The notes under the pieces: model-generated | The model's database searches: none | The model's input: the letters and a program-made list of their open reading frames with translations, nothing else | What the model was told of the DNA's origin: nothing | Program-made: the position numbers and the translations under genes | Part shown: positions 63,969 to 64,000 of the stretch, one piece after another | Numbering within the stretch: the first letter of the stretch is position 1 | Layout of the letters: every line of letters begins with the position of its first letter | NCBI GenBank assembly: GCA_964474375.1 | Contig: CAYYSG010000001.1 | Location: 18,559 to 82,558 of the forward strand | DNA: 64,000 nucleotides | From: an uncultured Candidatus Saccharibacteria bacterium | GTDB lineage: Bacteria; Patescibacteriota; Minisyncoccia; Phycocordibacterales; UBA9973 | Reading direction: 5' to 3'

Positions 63969-64000
63969 AAGCCATATTTAGGTATGCTATAATATATCCA

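Noticed and set aside
1-64000. Alternative genetic code (UGA recoding, as in Gracilibacteria/SR1)
   Set aside because: Long uninterrupted standard-code ORFs for dnaA, pnp, recJ, pilB and others argue against in-frame UGA sense codons.

Overview
This 64-kb window comes from a low-GC bacterium with tightly packed genes and almost no Shine-Dalgarno sequences. The gene content resembles an uncultivated small-genome (CPR/Patescibacteria-like) lineage, but this cannot be shown from sequence alone. The window spans the replication-origin region: a partial PBP transpeptidase gene, then dnaN and dnaA on the minus strand diverging from rpmH-rnpA-yidD-yidC-khpB on the plus strand. DnaA boxes, including a perfect TTATCCACA, lie in the dnaA-dnaN spacer and upstream of dnaA. 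The most unusual region is a ~12.3-kb minus-strand cluster (6326..18662) that looks like a minimal type IV secretion system. It has a VirB4 ATPase encoded as two overlapping ORFs, a VirB3-like protein, a 1417-aa VirB6/TrbL-like polytopic protein, a TolB-like beta-propeller, and two secreted/membrane proteins. Two paralogous genes in this cluster fuse a VirB2/TrbC-pilin-like two-helix module to peptidoglycan-hydrolase-like domains (SLT-like and LAS/M15-like), and they share a 233-bp perfectly identical tract. No coupling protein (VirD4) or relaxase is visible. Downstream is a DNA-uptake/processing neighbourhood. ComEC is split into a channel gene and an MBL-domain gene with a superoxide dismutase gene on the opposite strand between them, followed by rnhA, recJ, HIT, a 2OG oxygenase, pgk and tpiA. 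A type IV pilus operon follows (pilB-pilC, two prepilins, a PilX-like protein) and is flanked by three paralogous secreted proteins with a shared N-terminal motif. One nearby secreted protein carries a T9SS-type C-terminal sorting domain. The rest of the window is housekeeping: argS, nusA, ppa, tig (no PPIase domain), clpP, rny, hup, a tRNA island, pspC, cca, xth, xerC/D-like, rpsO with a Lys/Ala-rich tail, a NYN protein and pnp. The tRNA island holds tRNA-Gly(TCC), tRNA-Pro(TGG), tRNA-Gly(GCC) and tRNA-Arg(TCG), plus a duplicated tRNA fragment and a 575-bp repeat-dense spacer. No CRISPR array, rRNA or transposase was recognised.
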